Source: Acidobacteria bacterium RIFCSPLOWO2_12_FULL_65_11 (GTDB lineage: Bacteria > Acidobacteriota > Vicinamibacteria > Vicinamibacterales > CAVVIG01). Taken from it: a stretch of DNA of 47,156 bases. The stretch spans positions 9,877-57,032 of the forward strand of contig MELA01000099.1 of the NCBI GenBank assembly GCA_001767495.1. Reading direction: 5' to 3'. A program made the translations under genes and the position numbers. Under the pieces are notes generated by a model. That model saw nothing but the letters and a program-made list of their open reading frames with translations. It did not search any database and was not told the DNA's origin. This document shows, piece after piece, positions 27,932-37,349 of this stretch (the first letter of the stretch is position 1; each line of letters begins with the position of its first letter).

Positions 27932-28846
27932 CTACTTGCTGACGGCTGGGGCGGGGACGTACCCGATGTCCTGGAGGACCTGCTGGCCCGCCGCACTGAG
28001 CGCCCAATCGATGAACTCTTTCGCCGGCCCGGTGGGCGTGCCGCGCGTGTACAGATAGAGCGGCCGAGCGATGGGGTAGGTCATGTCGAGTGCGCTCTCC
28101 ACAGTCGGCGGAACTCCCGGCTCGCCTTTCTTTTTCGAGATCTTCAGCGCCCGCACGCCAGGCATGGCATACGCCATCCCGCTGTAGCCGATGGCGCACG
28201 GCGTCCGGGACACCAGCGCCACGACGTCCTTCGATCCGCTCTGGTCGATGGAGCCGAGCCTGAGCTCGCGTGTCCTTCCGAGGACCGCCTCGCGGAAGTA
28301 GACGTAGGTGCCGGAGTTGTTCTGACGGCTGACGCGGATGATCTCGTCGCTCTCGCACGAGGTGTTCTTGACGCCGGCCTGAGACCACCTGAGCACCTGT
28401 CCGCCGTCGCCGTAGATCTCCGCCAGCTCCTCGATTGAGATCGATTGGACCGGATTGCTCTCATGGACGTACACGGCCAGCGCGTCCAGCCCGACCACGA
28501 ACGCCTTGGGCTCCGCGCCAGCGGCCTTCGCGACCCGTGCGATCTCTTCCGCCTCTATCTCCCGGCTGGATGCGGCGATGTCGAGGATCCCGTCGATGAG
28601 GCCGGCGATGCCCACTCCGGATCCTCCGCCGGCGACCTGCACCGAGACGTCCGGCTTCACCTTCTTGTAGTTCTCGGCCCAGGCCTGATCCAGGTTGACC
28701 ATCGTGTCCGAGCCAGTGAGGCGAATGACCACGCTGGTGCTGCTTCCGGCCGGGCCGGAGGTCGTGTTTGACGTGCTCGAGCACGCGACGCTCGCGAGCG
28801 CGCCGACAGCAAGGCCCAGGACGATGACGGTTCTTACCGATGACAT
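27932..28846 (-). CDS. pstS: Phosphate-binding lipoprotein PstS
   Basis: GGAGG ribosome-binding site, lipobox SVAC, GSDT, GGGSGVG, SRQNNSGT, YPIARPL. Confidence 0.9.
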   Translation of the reverse strand: MSSVRTVIVLGLAVGALASVACSSTSNTTSGPAGSSTSVVIRLTGSDTMVNLDQAWAENYKKVKPDVSVQVAGGGSGVGIAGLIDGILDIAASSREIEAEEIARVAKAAGAEPKAFVVGLDALAVYVHESNPVQSISIEELAEIYGDGGQVLRWSQAGVKNTSCESDEIIRVSRQNNSGTYVYFREAVLGRTRELRLGSIDQSGSKDVVALVSRTPCAIGYSGMAYAMPGVRALKISKKKGEPGVPPTVESALDMTYPIARPLYLYTRGTPTGPAKEFIDWALSAAGQQVLQDIGYVPAPAVSK

Positions 28847-28988
28847 GCGTGCGTCCTCCACGAGCACCTCTGACAAACGCTCGCCGGAAATGATCTTGGG
28901 AGTGTGAAGCGGGCCATTCACGAAGTCGAATCGGCATATGCTAGCAGATCGTGGCGGCTTCGTGCCCAGGCTGCCGGTTGCCGTGGCG

Positions 28989-29426
28989 CTACTTCATCGG
29001 CGAGTAGTCGGTGGGTTCGAGGAACACCGAGTCGACCTTGACGGCCCCGACGCCAGACTCCCTCGCCACGGTGGCCCACTCCGTATCGGCACGGAATGCG
29101 TCCCAGCTCTTCTTGGCTGCCTCGCGGCTCTGGTGGGCCAAGAGGTAGACCATCGTGTTCTGCGACAGAGGCGCATCCATCGGCTTCAGGTAGATCACGT
29201 TGGTCATCCCGTGCTTCTGGAAGATCCGCAGCGTATGGTTTCTGAACCGCGCGTGCAGCAGATCGAGCTTGCCTTCGCCGGCCGCATAGGTCCGCAGCTC
29301 GAACACGCGCGAGGCCGCCTGCGCGTTGGCCACCGATTGCCCAGGCACCATACCGTGGGCTGCAAATCCAGCCAGGAACGCCACCGCGAGTCCTACCGGG
29401 CTCCACATCATCTTCATCTTCACCAT
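28989..29426 (-). CDS. Secreted NIPSNAP-family protein
   Basis: FELRTY..GKL..LHARFR.HT...SWDAFRAD.EW...PTDYSP. Confidence 0.85.
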   Translation of the reverse strand: MVKMKMMWSPVGLAVAFLAGFAAHGMVPGQSVANAQAASRVFELRTYAAGEGKLDLLHARFRNHTLRIFQKHGMTNVIYLKPMDAPLSQNTMVYLLAHQSREAAKKSWDAFRADTEWATVARESGVGAVKVDSVFLEPTDYSPMK

Positions 29427-29451
29427 TGCCTCTCTCCTCTTCTCAGAATTG

Positions 29452-30251
29452 TCAACGTTTCTTCAAGAGCCGTTCGAGATTGCGCGACTGTCCCGGCAGG
29501 CGATCGTCGCCGAGCGCATTCATCCACGCAGGATACTCGACTCGGAGCCGGCTCACTTCGTCGAGCCGCGCCATCTCCTCGTCAGCCAGCGCGAGGTCCA
29601 CCGATCCCAGATTATCCTCGAGCTGATCCATGCGTGTGGCGCCGATGATGACGCTGGTCACGCCGTCCTTGCGGAGCAGCCAGGCGAGCGCCACCTGGGC
29701 GAGCGACGCCCCGTGCGCCTCGGCGATCGGCCGCATGGCGTCGAGGATGTCGAACCCTTGTTCCTTGTCGAGGGGCGGAAAGTCGAACACCGCGCGCCGG
29801 GCATCCTTCGCGCCGCTGCCGTCCCGCGCGAACTTGCCAGATAGGAATCCGCCGGCGAGCGGGCTCCAGACGAGCAGACCAAGCCCCTGGTCCCGGATGA
29901 GCGGGATGGTCTCCCGCTCCAGCTCGCGCCCGACCAGAGAGTAGTAGGACTGCGTGGTCTTGAAGGCTTCGACACCCCGCTGTTGCGAGATGCCGAGCGC
30001 CTTCATCAGCTCCCAGGCGGCCAGGTTCGAGCAGCCGATGTAGCGAACCTTGCCGGCGCGGACAAGGTCGGTCAGCGCGGTCAGGGTCTCTTCGATGTCC
30101 GTTTCGGGATCCGCATGGAGCGACCGACCAGCGCATCGGCGTCCTTCTGGCCGAGCGCGCCGATCGCTTCCCATCGGCTGCCAAACGTCATCGCGCCGAG
30201 GCACAGCTCCGAGACGTACACACCGGTATTGGCCAGCCTTCGGTGTTTCAT
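29452..30251 (-). pseudogene. Aldo/keto reductase with an internal deletion and frameshift
   Basis: MKHRRLANTGVYVSELCLGAMTFG...ALVGR joins out of frame at about 30118 to LHADPETDIEETL...GKVRYIGCSN...WSPLAGG; the catalytic D/Y/K segment is absent. Confidence 0.8.
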
Positions 30252-30260
30252 CGTCGAATG

Positions 30261-31511
30261 CTAGCTGAAAACAACGACGGCACCAATCGTGGTGCGGTCC
30301 GCCACGACCTGAAGCGCGTCCTTGGCGCGATCGAGCGGGAAGGTGGCCGTCGCCAGCGCCTTGGCGTTGAACTGGCCCGTCTCGATGAGGCGCGAGAAAC
30401 GCTGCATGTCGCGCAGCCCGCTCACGCCATTCATGTTGCCGGGATGGTGGTTCTTCGACCCGTTCGACCACTGACCGGCAGGCACCGAAAAGTTGCCGAC
30501 CTGTGCGACAGAGACGGTGGTGACGTGACCGGCCGAGGAGCACAGCTGCCACGCCCACTGCAGAGGAAGGATCCCGGTCGGGTCCGGTCCGACCTCCGCC
30601 TTGGGCGGAAATGTATCGCCACCGACGGCCTCGATCACGTAGTCGGGACCGATGGCGGTGCTGATGGCGCCGCCGCCGAACTGCGGAACCCCGGACGCTG
30701 GTCGCGCCGCCCCGGCGGTGCCGGTCCAATCACGGCCGCCGGCGAACTTCCGATCGGTGGGTCCCTTGCACATGTCCTTGATCCTGGCGACCAGATTGTT
30801 CGTATCGACGTTGGGATCGATCACCGTCGTCGCGCCCACCTGCCGGGCGACGGCGCGACGGGTCGCGATCGGTTCAACCGCGATAATTTGCGACGCGCCT
30901 TTGATCCGCGCACCCTGTACCGCACTGAGGCCGAGCGGTCCACAGCCGAGGACGACGACGTCGGACGCCGGCTCCACTGGCGCGACGCCGAATGTGGTGC
31001 CTAATCCGCAGGCGCCGACGCACCCGAGCATCGACAGCTCAACCGGTGACACGTTGTTGGTGAACACCGGCATGCAGTACCACTCGTACGGGATCATCAG
31101 CTCGCCGAACCCGCCCTCGTTGTTCCATTGGAGCACCTCGGTGCCATCCGAGAGGGTGCCGATCGGCAGCAGGGGGTTGTTCTGGCCCGGCAGCATCTGG
31201 CAGCGATCGGGCCGGCCGCGCAGGCAGAGGTAGCACTGGCCGCAGTACGGCGTGTTGGCGACGATGACGCGGTCGCCGACTTCGACGCGCCTCACCCTCG
31301 ACCCGATGGCTTCCACAACGCCCACTGCACCGTGGCCCATGATCCGCGGCGGTTTGTAGTTCCCCACGGCCTGTCTGGTGAGCGTATAGCACACCTGGCA
31401 GGCTTCGGTGCGAATGACGACGCGGTCCGCATCGAGGGCCCGCAGCGTGACGGTTTGGACCGATGCATTGGCGGCCTGTATCGACGTGTTGGGTGGGTTT
31501 TCGAAGGTCAT
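30261..31511 (-). CDS. Zn-ADH-like (MDR) paralogue of 19322-20830; N-terminal export signal apparently deleted
   Basis: VCYT, GHGAVG, CGQCYLCLRGRPDRC, GCGPLG, EAVGGD.FPPK.E.GPDPTG shared with the paralogue; a likely original start (GGAGG + MTSRKSVS) at 31542 is out of frame. Confidence 0.75.
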   Translation of the reverse strand: MTFENPPNTSIQAANASVQTVTLRALDADRVVIRTEACQVCYTLTRQAVGNYKPPRIMGHGAVGVVEAIGSRVRRVEVGDRVIVANTPYCGQCYLCLRGRPDRCQMLPGQNNPLLPIGTLSDGTEVLQWNNEGGFGELMIPYEWYCMPVFTNNVSPVELSMLGCVGACGLGTTFGVAPVEPASDVVVLGCGPLGLSAVQGARIKGASQIIAVEPIATRRAVARQVGATTVIDPNVDTNNLVARIKDMCKGPTDRKFAGGRDWTGTAGAARPASGVPQFGGGAISTAIGPDYVIEAVGGDTFPPKAEVGPDPTGILPLQWAWQLCSSAGHVTTVSVAQVGNFSVPAGQWSNGSKNHHPGNMNGVSGLRDMQRFSRLIETGQFNAKALATATFPLDRAKDALQVVADRTTIGAVVVFS

Positions 31512-31562
31512 GAAGGCTCGAGACCGATTTTCTTGATGTCATGAATAGCCTCCAGGTCCGAA

Positions 31563-31595
31563 AGTCTTGAACGCATGCAGGTGACGAAGATCCAT
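31563..31595 (-). pseudogene. LysR-type regulator N-terminal stump
   Basis: MDLRHLHAFKT, divergent from the MBL gene; similarity ends after about 11 codons. Confidence 0.4.
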
Positions 31596-31682
31596 CGGCT
31601 TGCTAGATCGAACGAGTATGGGCCAACCCTCTAAGGGTATTGGACTTTCACGCTGAATCACTCTACGCTCATCGGCGGACGA

Positions 31683-31708
31683 TCGCGGAAGTAATTCGCG
31701 GAAGTAAT
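31683..31708 (+). repeat. 13-bp perfect tandem duplication next to a ribosome-binding site
   Basis: TCGCGGAAGTAAT x2 followed by TAAGGAG. Confidence 0.85.
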
Positions 31709-31721
31709 TAAGGAGAGCATC

Positions 31722-32726
31722 ATGAAACGAACGGTTTGGCGGGCGGGACTTGCGGCGATCGGCACTCTGACATTGAGCACGGCAGTGTTTGCGCAGGCCG
31801 CACAACCACCAACGCGCGCGATCACCAACATTGGCGGAGATCTGTATCGCGTGCAGGACAACCAGCACTACACCGTGTTTCTCGTCACGCCGGAAGGCAT
31901 CATCCTGGGCGATCCGATCAACCCTCAGGTGGCCACCTGGCTGAAGGGCGAGCTGGCCACGCGCTTTCCGAACCGGCAGGTCCGGTACGTGCTCCAGAGT
32001 CACCACGATTTCGACCATGCGTCCGGCGCACGGGTATTCAACGACACGGCGGAACTCGTCGGCCACGCCGACTTCAACGCCGAGCTGAGGAAAGCGCAGT
32101 CATCGGTTCCTGAGTTCTTCGCCGCGCTGGATCTGAACAAGAACGGCCGTTTTGAGAAAGCCGAGATGCAAGGACAGTTCGGCGCGTTCCTTGCCGTGCA
32201 GGATCGCAATGGCGATGGCACGGTGACGCCGGCCGAGTTGTACACCGACGTGATGCCTGTTGAGACCACGTTTACCGATCGCCGCACGGTGACGCTTGGT
32301 GGAAAGACCGTGCAACTCATCCATCCGGGAACGGCCCATGCCAAGGACATGGCGGTGCTGTACTTCCCAGCCGAGCGCGTCGTCTTCGCGGTCGATTATC
32401 TGCCCGTGAAGTCGCTGCCGTTCGGATTCGCCCCGTCGACGCCGCAAGACGTCATCGCGTCGGTTCGGGCCGTCGAGACGCTCGACTTCGACACGATTAC
32501 GCCGGGACATGGCGAGGTTGGCGCCAAGGCAGATGTCACGGCGTACAGGCAGTACGTGGAGGATCTGGTGGCCGGCATTCAGGAGGGCATCAGGGCGGGT
32601 CGTACGGTTGAGCAGCTGCAGGCGGGCAACATGCTCGATAAGTACAAGGCTTGGCCAAACTACGCGATGCAGCGGAACCAGAACATCGCGGAAGTCTACG
32701 GGATCCTGAAAGCGCCGGCGCGATAA
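31722..32726 (+). CDS. Secreted MBL-fold hydrolase with an inserted EF-hand pair
   Basis: SHHDFDHASG, AHAKD, PGHG; DLNKNGRFEKAE and DRNGDGTVTPAE loops. Confidence 0.85.
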   Translation: MKRTVWRAGLAAIGTLTLSTAVFAQAAQPPTRAITNIGGDLYRVQDNQHYTVFLVTPEGIILGDPINPQVATWLKGELATRFPNRQVRYVLQSHHDFDHASGARVFNDTAELVGHADFNAELRKAQSSVPEFFAALDLNKNGRFEKAEMQGQFGAFLAVQDRNGDGTVTPAELYTDVMPVETTFTDRRTVTLGGKTVQLIHPGTAHAKDMAVLYFPAERVVFAVDYLPVKSLPFGFAPSTPQDVIASVRAVETLDFDTITPGHGEVGAKADVTAYRQYVEDLVAGIQEGIRAGRTVEQLQAGNMLDKYKAWPNYAMQRNQNIAEVYGILKAPAR

Positions 32727-32751
32727 CGATGAGCGAGCAGGAGCGACGAGC

Positions 32752-33066
32752 ATGAAGTGGTACCACTATCTCGCCTATTTCTTCGCCGGCACGTTCCTGG
32801 CGAATGCCGTACCTCATTTCACAAATGGCATTTCGGGTCGGCCATTCCCCAGCCCGTTTGCCTCACCGCCTGGACAAGGAGAATCGGCAGCTTGGATCAA
32901 TGTTCTCTGGGGATCGTTCAATCTGGCGATCGGATATCTCCTCGTCTATCGAGTCGGCACGTTTCAATTGGGCCGAACCCGTGACGCGCTCGTGATTGGC
33001 GCCGGAGGGCTGCTGACGGCCATCATGTTGTCGCGCGCGTTTGGCGCGATTTACGGTGGACTGTGA
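32752..33066 (+). CDS. Small membrane protein
   Basis: Three hydrophobic segments; NAVPHF..G..G.PFPSPFASPPG.G.S. Confidence 0.75.
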   Translation: MKWYHYLAYFFAGTFLANAVPHFTNGISGRPFPSPFASPPGQGESAAWINVLWGSFNLAIGYLLVYRVGTFQLGRTRDALVIGAGGLLTAIMLSRAFGAIYGGL

Positions 33067-33078
33067 ACTGGAACTCAC

Positions 33079-33350
33079 ATGCGTAACCGACCGGCACTGA
33101 CCGCGGATGATGTACGAAAGATTCTTGCTGCCTGCGAGGCGGAGGCGGCAAAGAACAAGTGGAAGGTGACCATCGCCGTCACCGACGACGCAGGCTACAT
33201 GCTCGGTTTGCTTCGAATGGACGGAGCCGGCCCGATCACCGCCGAAGTGGCGCACGGGAAAGCCGTCGGTTCGGCGCTCACCGGCCGGCCGAGCAAGTTT
33301 TTCGAGGACCGCCTGAAGGAGCGGATCGCGTTCCTGAAATTCCCGGCGCC
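33079..33350 (+). pseudogene. GlcG/HbpS-like heme-binding protein, C-terminally truncated
   Basis: VTIAVTDDAG..L...RMDGA...A.GKA; lacks the GG.P...GAIGVSG tail, and the frame reads into the antisense of the next gene. Confidence 0.7.
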
Positions 33351-33362
33351 GCGCTTGGCTAG

Positions 33363-34736
33363 CTACCGTCGCGTGGCTGCAGCAGGCGTGGTCTTGTCCG
33401 ACAGCACCACGCCCCCCTTGACCGTCATCACAACATTCAGCACATCGTAGATGTTGCTGAGCGGATCGCCGTTGATGATGACGATGTCCGCCAGCTTGCC
33501 GGGCTCGAGCGTGCCGAGTTGATCCTGCTTGAGGGCCGAGCGAGCGGCGTTCCTCGTCAGGATCGTGACGATGTCCTTGGGGGAGAAGACGAGGCTGAGC
33601 GCGCGGAGTTCGTCCCGCAGCGATTCCTTCGGCGGCCACGACGTGTCCGTGCCGTAGCCGTACGAGAGGCCGGCTTCCCAGAGCAGCCGCGCGTTCACCG
33701 GTCCCTGACCGGCGCTCGAGACGGTGTCCCACGGAAACGGGAGCCGGTCGCGGAAGAGCGGCGTGTTGTCAGGCGAGAAGTGCGGGATAAAGATGGCCAG
33801 CGTCGACGTCATCGGGATGCCGGCCTTCGCGATCTTCTGAACCGCGGCCGCGTCTTCGTCGAGCCGTCCGATGTGCGGCGTGTGCACGAGCACGGCGGTG
33901 CCGGCGTCAACAGCCGCGAGCGCATCGACGACCGTCACCGCGTGCGTGACGGTCGGGATGTTGCGCTTCTTGCCCTCGTTGACGATGAGCCGGAGCGTTT
34001 CGGTCTCGGGCCCGCCCGGCGTCACCGTGATCACCGTCTTGATGTAGTCGAAGCCCGCCTTCGCGGCGGCGTCGACCGCGTTGATGGTGTCCTCGGCAGC
34101 AATTGCGCCAGCCGGCTGGGTCGGGCGAAGCGGGGGGCGCGAGGTGTCGAAGCGCGCCGGATCGCCACGGCCGGCTGCCGGTGCAGGAGGTGCAGTCGGC
34201 GCCGCGCCCTGGGCGCCTTGAGTACTGGGGGCCGCTGCGGGAGCGGCGCCGCGTCGGCCGGCGTTGCCGCGCCCACCGCCTCCGGCACGCGCGAGCGGGA
34301 TGATCCTTGCTGCGAAGATCCGCGGGCCTTTGATGGCACCCGACTCGGTCCGCCTCCGGAGTTCCAATCCCTCATCGGGCGTGATTGCTGACAGCACGGT
34401 CGTGAAGCCGGCTTCGAGATACCCGCGCATCTGATCGGCGGCTTCCTTCTCGAGCCACTCTGCCGCATTGCCCTGGATGGGGTGCCGGTGCGCGTCGATG
34501 AAGCCGGGCATGACGGTCATGCCACGTGCGTCGATGACGCGCGCATCAGGTACCGAGGCCGGATTACCTGCCGAGACCGACGCGATCTTGCCGTCGCGGA
34601 CGACGACGGCACCGCGCTCGATGACGGTGCCGGTCCCGTCCAGGATTCGCGCGTTGGTGATGACCAGGTTCTGAGCCGCGGCCGGGCCGGCGCCCGCCAC
34701 CAATGCCAGACCAATCAAAGCAATCAGCTTTTTCAT
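33363..34736 (-). CDS. Secreted amidohydrolase, paralogue of 6723-8075
   Basis: PGFIDAHRH; shares GDPARFD..RPPLRPTQ, HTPHIGRL and SSAGQGPVNARLLWEAGL.YGYGTDT with the paralogue. Confidence 0.88.
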   Translation of the reverse strand: MKKLIALIGLALVAGAGPAAAQNLVITNARILDGTGTVIERGAVVVRDGKIASVSAGNPASVPDARVIDARGMTVMPGFIDAHRHPIQGNAAEWLEKEAADQMRGYLEAGFTTVLSAITPDEGLELRRRTESGAIKGPRIFAARIIPLARAGGGGRGNAGRRGAAPAAAPSTQGAQGAAPTAPPAPAAGRGDPARFDTSRPPLRPTQPAGAIAAEDTINAVDAAAKAGFDYIKTVITVTPGGPETETLRLIVNEGKKRNIPTVTHAVTVVDALAAVDAGTAVLVHTPHIGRLDEDAAAVQKIAKAGIPMTSTLAIFIPHFSPDNTPLFRDRLPFPWDTVSSAGQGPVNARLLWEAGLSYGYGTDTSWPPKESLRDELRALSLVFSPKDIVTILTRNAARSALKQDQLGTLEPGKLADIVIINGDPLSNIYDVLNVVMTVKGGVVLSDKTTPAAATRR

Positions 34737-34770
34737 ATGCACCTCGATGAGCGGCGATAAGTGTAGCGTT

Positions 34771-37239
34771 TCAATGCATCACGGGCGTGACGTTCCAGAT
34801 GTTCCGCGCGTATTCGAGGACGGCGCGGTCGCTCGAGAAGCGGCCCATGCCGGCGATGTTGAGAATCGCGCGTCTCGCCCACTCGTCAGGGTCTCGGTAG
34901 AGCGCGTCGACGCGCTCCTGGCAGGCGACGTACGACGCGTAGTCGGCGAGCAGCAGGAAGAAATCGCCGTGGGTCGTCAGCACATCGAGGATGGGGCGGA
35001 AGCGGTCTGGCGCGTCGCTCGAGAAATAACCAGAGGCGATCATGTCGAGTACGCGCCGCAGCTCTTCGTTTGAGTGATAGATGTCCCACGGGTTGTAGCC
35101 CGCCGCGCGACGAGCCGCGACTTCACCTGCCGTCAGCCCGAAGATGAAGATGTTCCCTTCGCCCACCGCGTTTCCGATCTCGATATTGGCGCCGTCGAGC
35201 GTCCCAATCGTCAGCGCGCCGTTGAGCGCCAGCTTCATGTTGCCCGTCCCGGACGCCTCGGTGCCGGCCGTCGAAATCTGTTCGGACAGATCGGCGGCCG
35301 GGACGATCTGCTCGGCGCTCGTCACGCTGTAGTCTCGAAGAAACGCGACCTTGAGGCGGTCCGAGGTCGCGGGGTCGCCGTTGACGACGTCGGCGACGCT
35401 GTGGATGAGCTTGATGATGAGTTTCGCCGTCCCGTAGCCGGGCGCCGCCTTGCCGCCGAAGATCACCGTGCGCGGCACCAGGTGTTGCCCGTCACGGATG
35501 CGGTTGTACCGGGTCACGACGTGCAGGACGTTCAAGAGCTGCCGCTTGTACTCGTGCATCCGCTTGATGTGGACGTCGAACATCGAGGCCGGATCGACCG
35601 CAAGCCGCGTCTTGACGAGCGCCGCCAGCCGCGTCTTCTCGGCACGCTTGACCTCTCGGAACCGCTTGCGGAATCCGGCGTCCTCGGCGAGCGGCGCGAG
35701 GCGCGCGAGACACGAGAGGTCGCGGACCCACTCGGTGCCGATCCTCTCGCTGATCGCGGCCGAGAGCTCCGGGTTGGCGTGGTGCAGCCAGCGGCGCGGC
35801 GTGATGCCGTTGGTGATGTTGACGATCCGGTCCGGAAAGAGGCGGTCGAAGTCGGCGAAGATGGTCCTCTTCATCAGCGCGGTGTGAATCTCGGCGACGC
35901 CGTTGACGTGGTGGCTGCCGATCGTCGCCAGGTAGGCCATGCGCAGCCGGCGTCCGCCCTGTTCGTCCACGATCGACACGCGCCGGGCGAGATCCGGATC
36001 GTCGGGGTGCTGGCGACGCACGTCTTCGAGAAACCGGCGGTTGATCTCGTAGATGATCTGGAGGTGGCGCGGCAGGATCTGCTCGAAGAGGTGGACGGGC
36101 CACGTCTCGAGCGCCTCGGGCATCAGCGTGTGGTTCGTGTACGAGAAGGTCCGTCGCGTGATGTCCCAGGCGCGGTCCCAATCCAGACGATGCCCATCGA
36201 CGAGCAGTCGCATCAGCTCGGCAATCCCGATCGACGGGTGCGTGTCGTTCAACTGGATGGCGACTTTGTCGGGCAGCTCGTCCAGGTTCGAATGGTGGAT
36301 CGTGAAGCGACGCAGGATGTCCTGGAGCGAGGCGCACACGAAGAAATACTGCTGCTTGAGCCGCAGCTCGCGCCCCATCTGCGTCGTGTCATTGGGATAC
36401 AGCACTTTGGAAAGGTTCTCTGACTCGTTCTTCTGTTCGACCGCCTTGATGTAATTCCCTTCGTTGAAGTACTTCAGATTGAAGTCGCGCGAGGCCTTGG
36501 CCGACCACAGCCGCATGTGGTTCACCGTCGTCGTGCCGTAGCCGGGCACCGGCGTGTCGTAGGCCATGGCCATCACGTCTTCGGTGCCCACCCAGTGGAA
36601 GCGCAGCCGGCCCTGCTCGTCGGTCGACTGCTGGACGTGGCCGCTGAATTTCACCGGGAAGAGCACCTCGGGCCGGGCGAACTCCCAGGGGTTGCCGTAC
36701 CGCAGCCAGTTGTCCGGATGCTCGATCTGATAGCCCTGCTCGATGCGCTGCCGGAACATGCCGTACTCGTACCGGATACCGTAGCCGTATCCCGGCAGAG
36801 AGAGCGTGGCCATCGAGTCGAGGAAGCAGGCCGCAAGCCGGCCGAGCCCGCCGTTGCCGAGCGCCGCGTCCTGCTCGAGCTCGCAGACCTTGTCGATGTC
36901 CAGCTCGAGGTCCGAGAGCGCCTCGCGGCATTCTTGATGGAAACCCAGGTTCAACAGACTGTTCGAGAGGAGCCGGCCGGTCAGAAATTCGAGCGACAGG
37001 TAGTACACGCGCTTGGCGTCGGCGCTGTAGTAACTCTGTGTGGTCTCCATCCAGCGCTCGATCAGCCGCTCGCGTACGACGTAGGCGGTGGTGGCGAACC
37101 AGTCACGCGTTGTGGCCGTGTCGGGATTCTTTCCCAGGGAATAGATCAGTTGGTTGGCCAGCGACCGCCGGAGCGACGTCCGATCCCGTCCCAGCTTGTC
37201 GTAGTCGAATGGCGGGCTGGCGTCTTTGCGAGATGTCAT
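34771..37239 (-). CDS. glgP: Glycogen/starch phosphorylase
   Basis: LGNGGLGRLAACF, QLNDTHP, YTNHT, KRMHEYKRQ, EASGTGNMK. Confidence 0.96.
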   Translation of the reverse strand: MTSRKDASPPFDYDKLGRDRTSLRRSLANQLIYSLGKNPDTATTRDWFATTAYVVRERLIERWMETTQSYYSADAKRVYYLSLEFLTGRLLSNSLLNLGFHQECREALSDLELDIDKVCELEQDAALGNGGLGRLAACFLDSMATLSLPGYGYGIRYEYGMFRQRIEQGYQIEHPDNWLRYGNPWEFARPEVLFPVKFSGHVQQSTDEQGRLRFHWVGTEDVMAMAYDTPVPGYGTTTVNHMRLWSAKASRDFNLKYFNEGNYIKAVEQKNESENLSKVLYPNDTTQMGRELRLKQQYFFVCASLQDILRRFTIHHSNLDELPDKVAIQLNDTHPSIGIAELMRLLVDGHRLDWDRAWDITRRTFSYTNHTLMPEALETWPVHLFEQILPRHLQIIYEINRRFLEDVRRQHPDDPDLARRVSIVDEQGGRRLRMAYLATIGSHHVNGVAEIHTALMKRTIFADFDRLFPDRIVNITNGITPRRWLHHANPELSAAISERIGTEWVRDLSCLARLAPLAEDAGFRKRFREVKRAEKTRLAALVKTRLAVDPASMFDVHIKRMHEYKRQLLNVLHVVTRYNRIRDGQHLVPRTVIFGGKAAPGYGTAKLIIKLIHSVADVVNGDPATSDRLKVAFLRDYSVTSAEQIVPAADLSEQISTAGTEASGTGNMKLALNGALTIGTLDGANIEIGNAVGEGNIFIFGLTAGEVAARRAAGYNPWDIYHSNEELRRVLDMIASGYFSSDAPDRFRPILDVLTTHGDFFLLLADYASYVACQERVDALYRDPDEWARRAILNIAGMGRFSSDRAVLEYARNIWNVTPVMH

Positions 37240-37349
37240 GTGGCTTGGTGAACTCCAGGCCCTTTACGTGCTCCCACGAAGGTGAGGTTACCCGATGTAG
37301 GAGCCTGAGTCTCTCGGATTCAGATATCATCCGGCAACCCCTGGAGGCC

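Noticed and set aside
28847-28988. Pho box upstream of pstS
   Set aside because: No convincing 11-bp-period GTCA(T/C) direct repeats found.
37038-37349. N-terminal extension of the helicase ORF
   Set aside because: It overlaps the divergent glgP start, and a strong GGAGG precedes ATG 37350.
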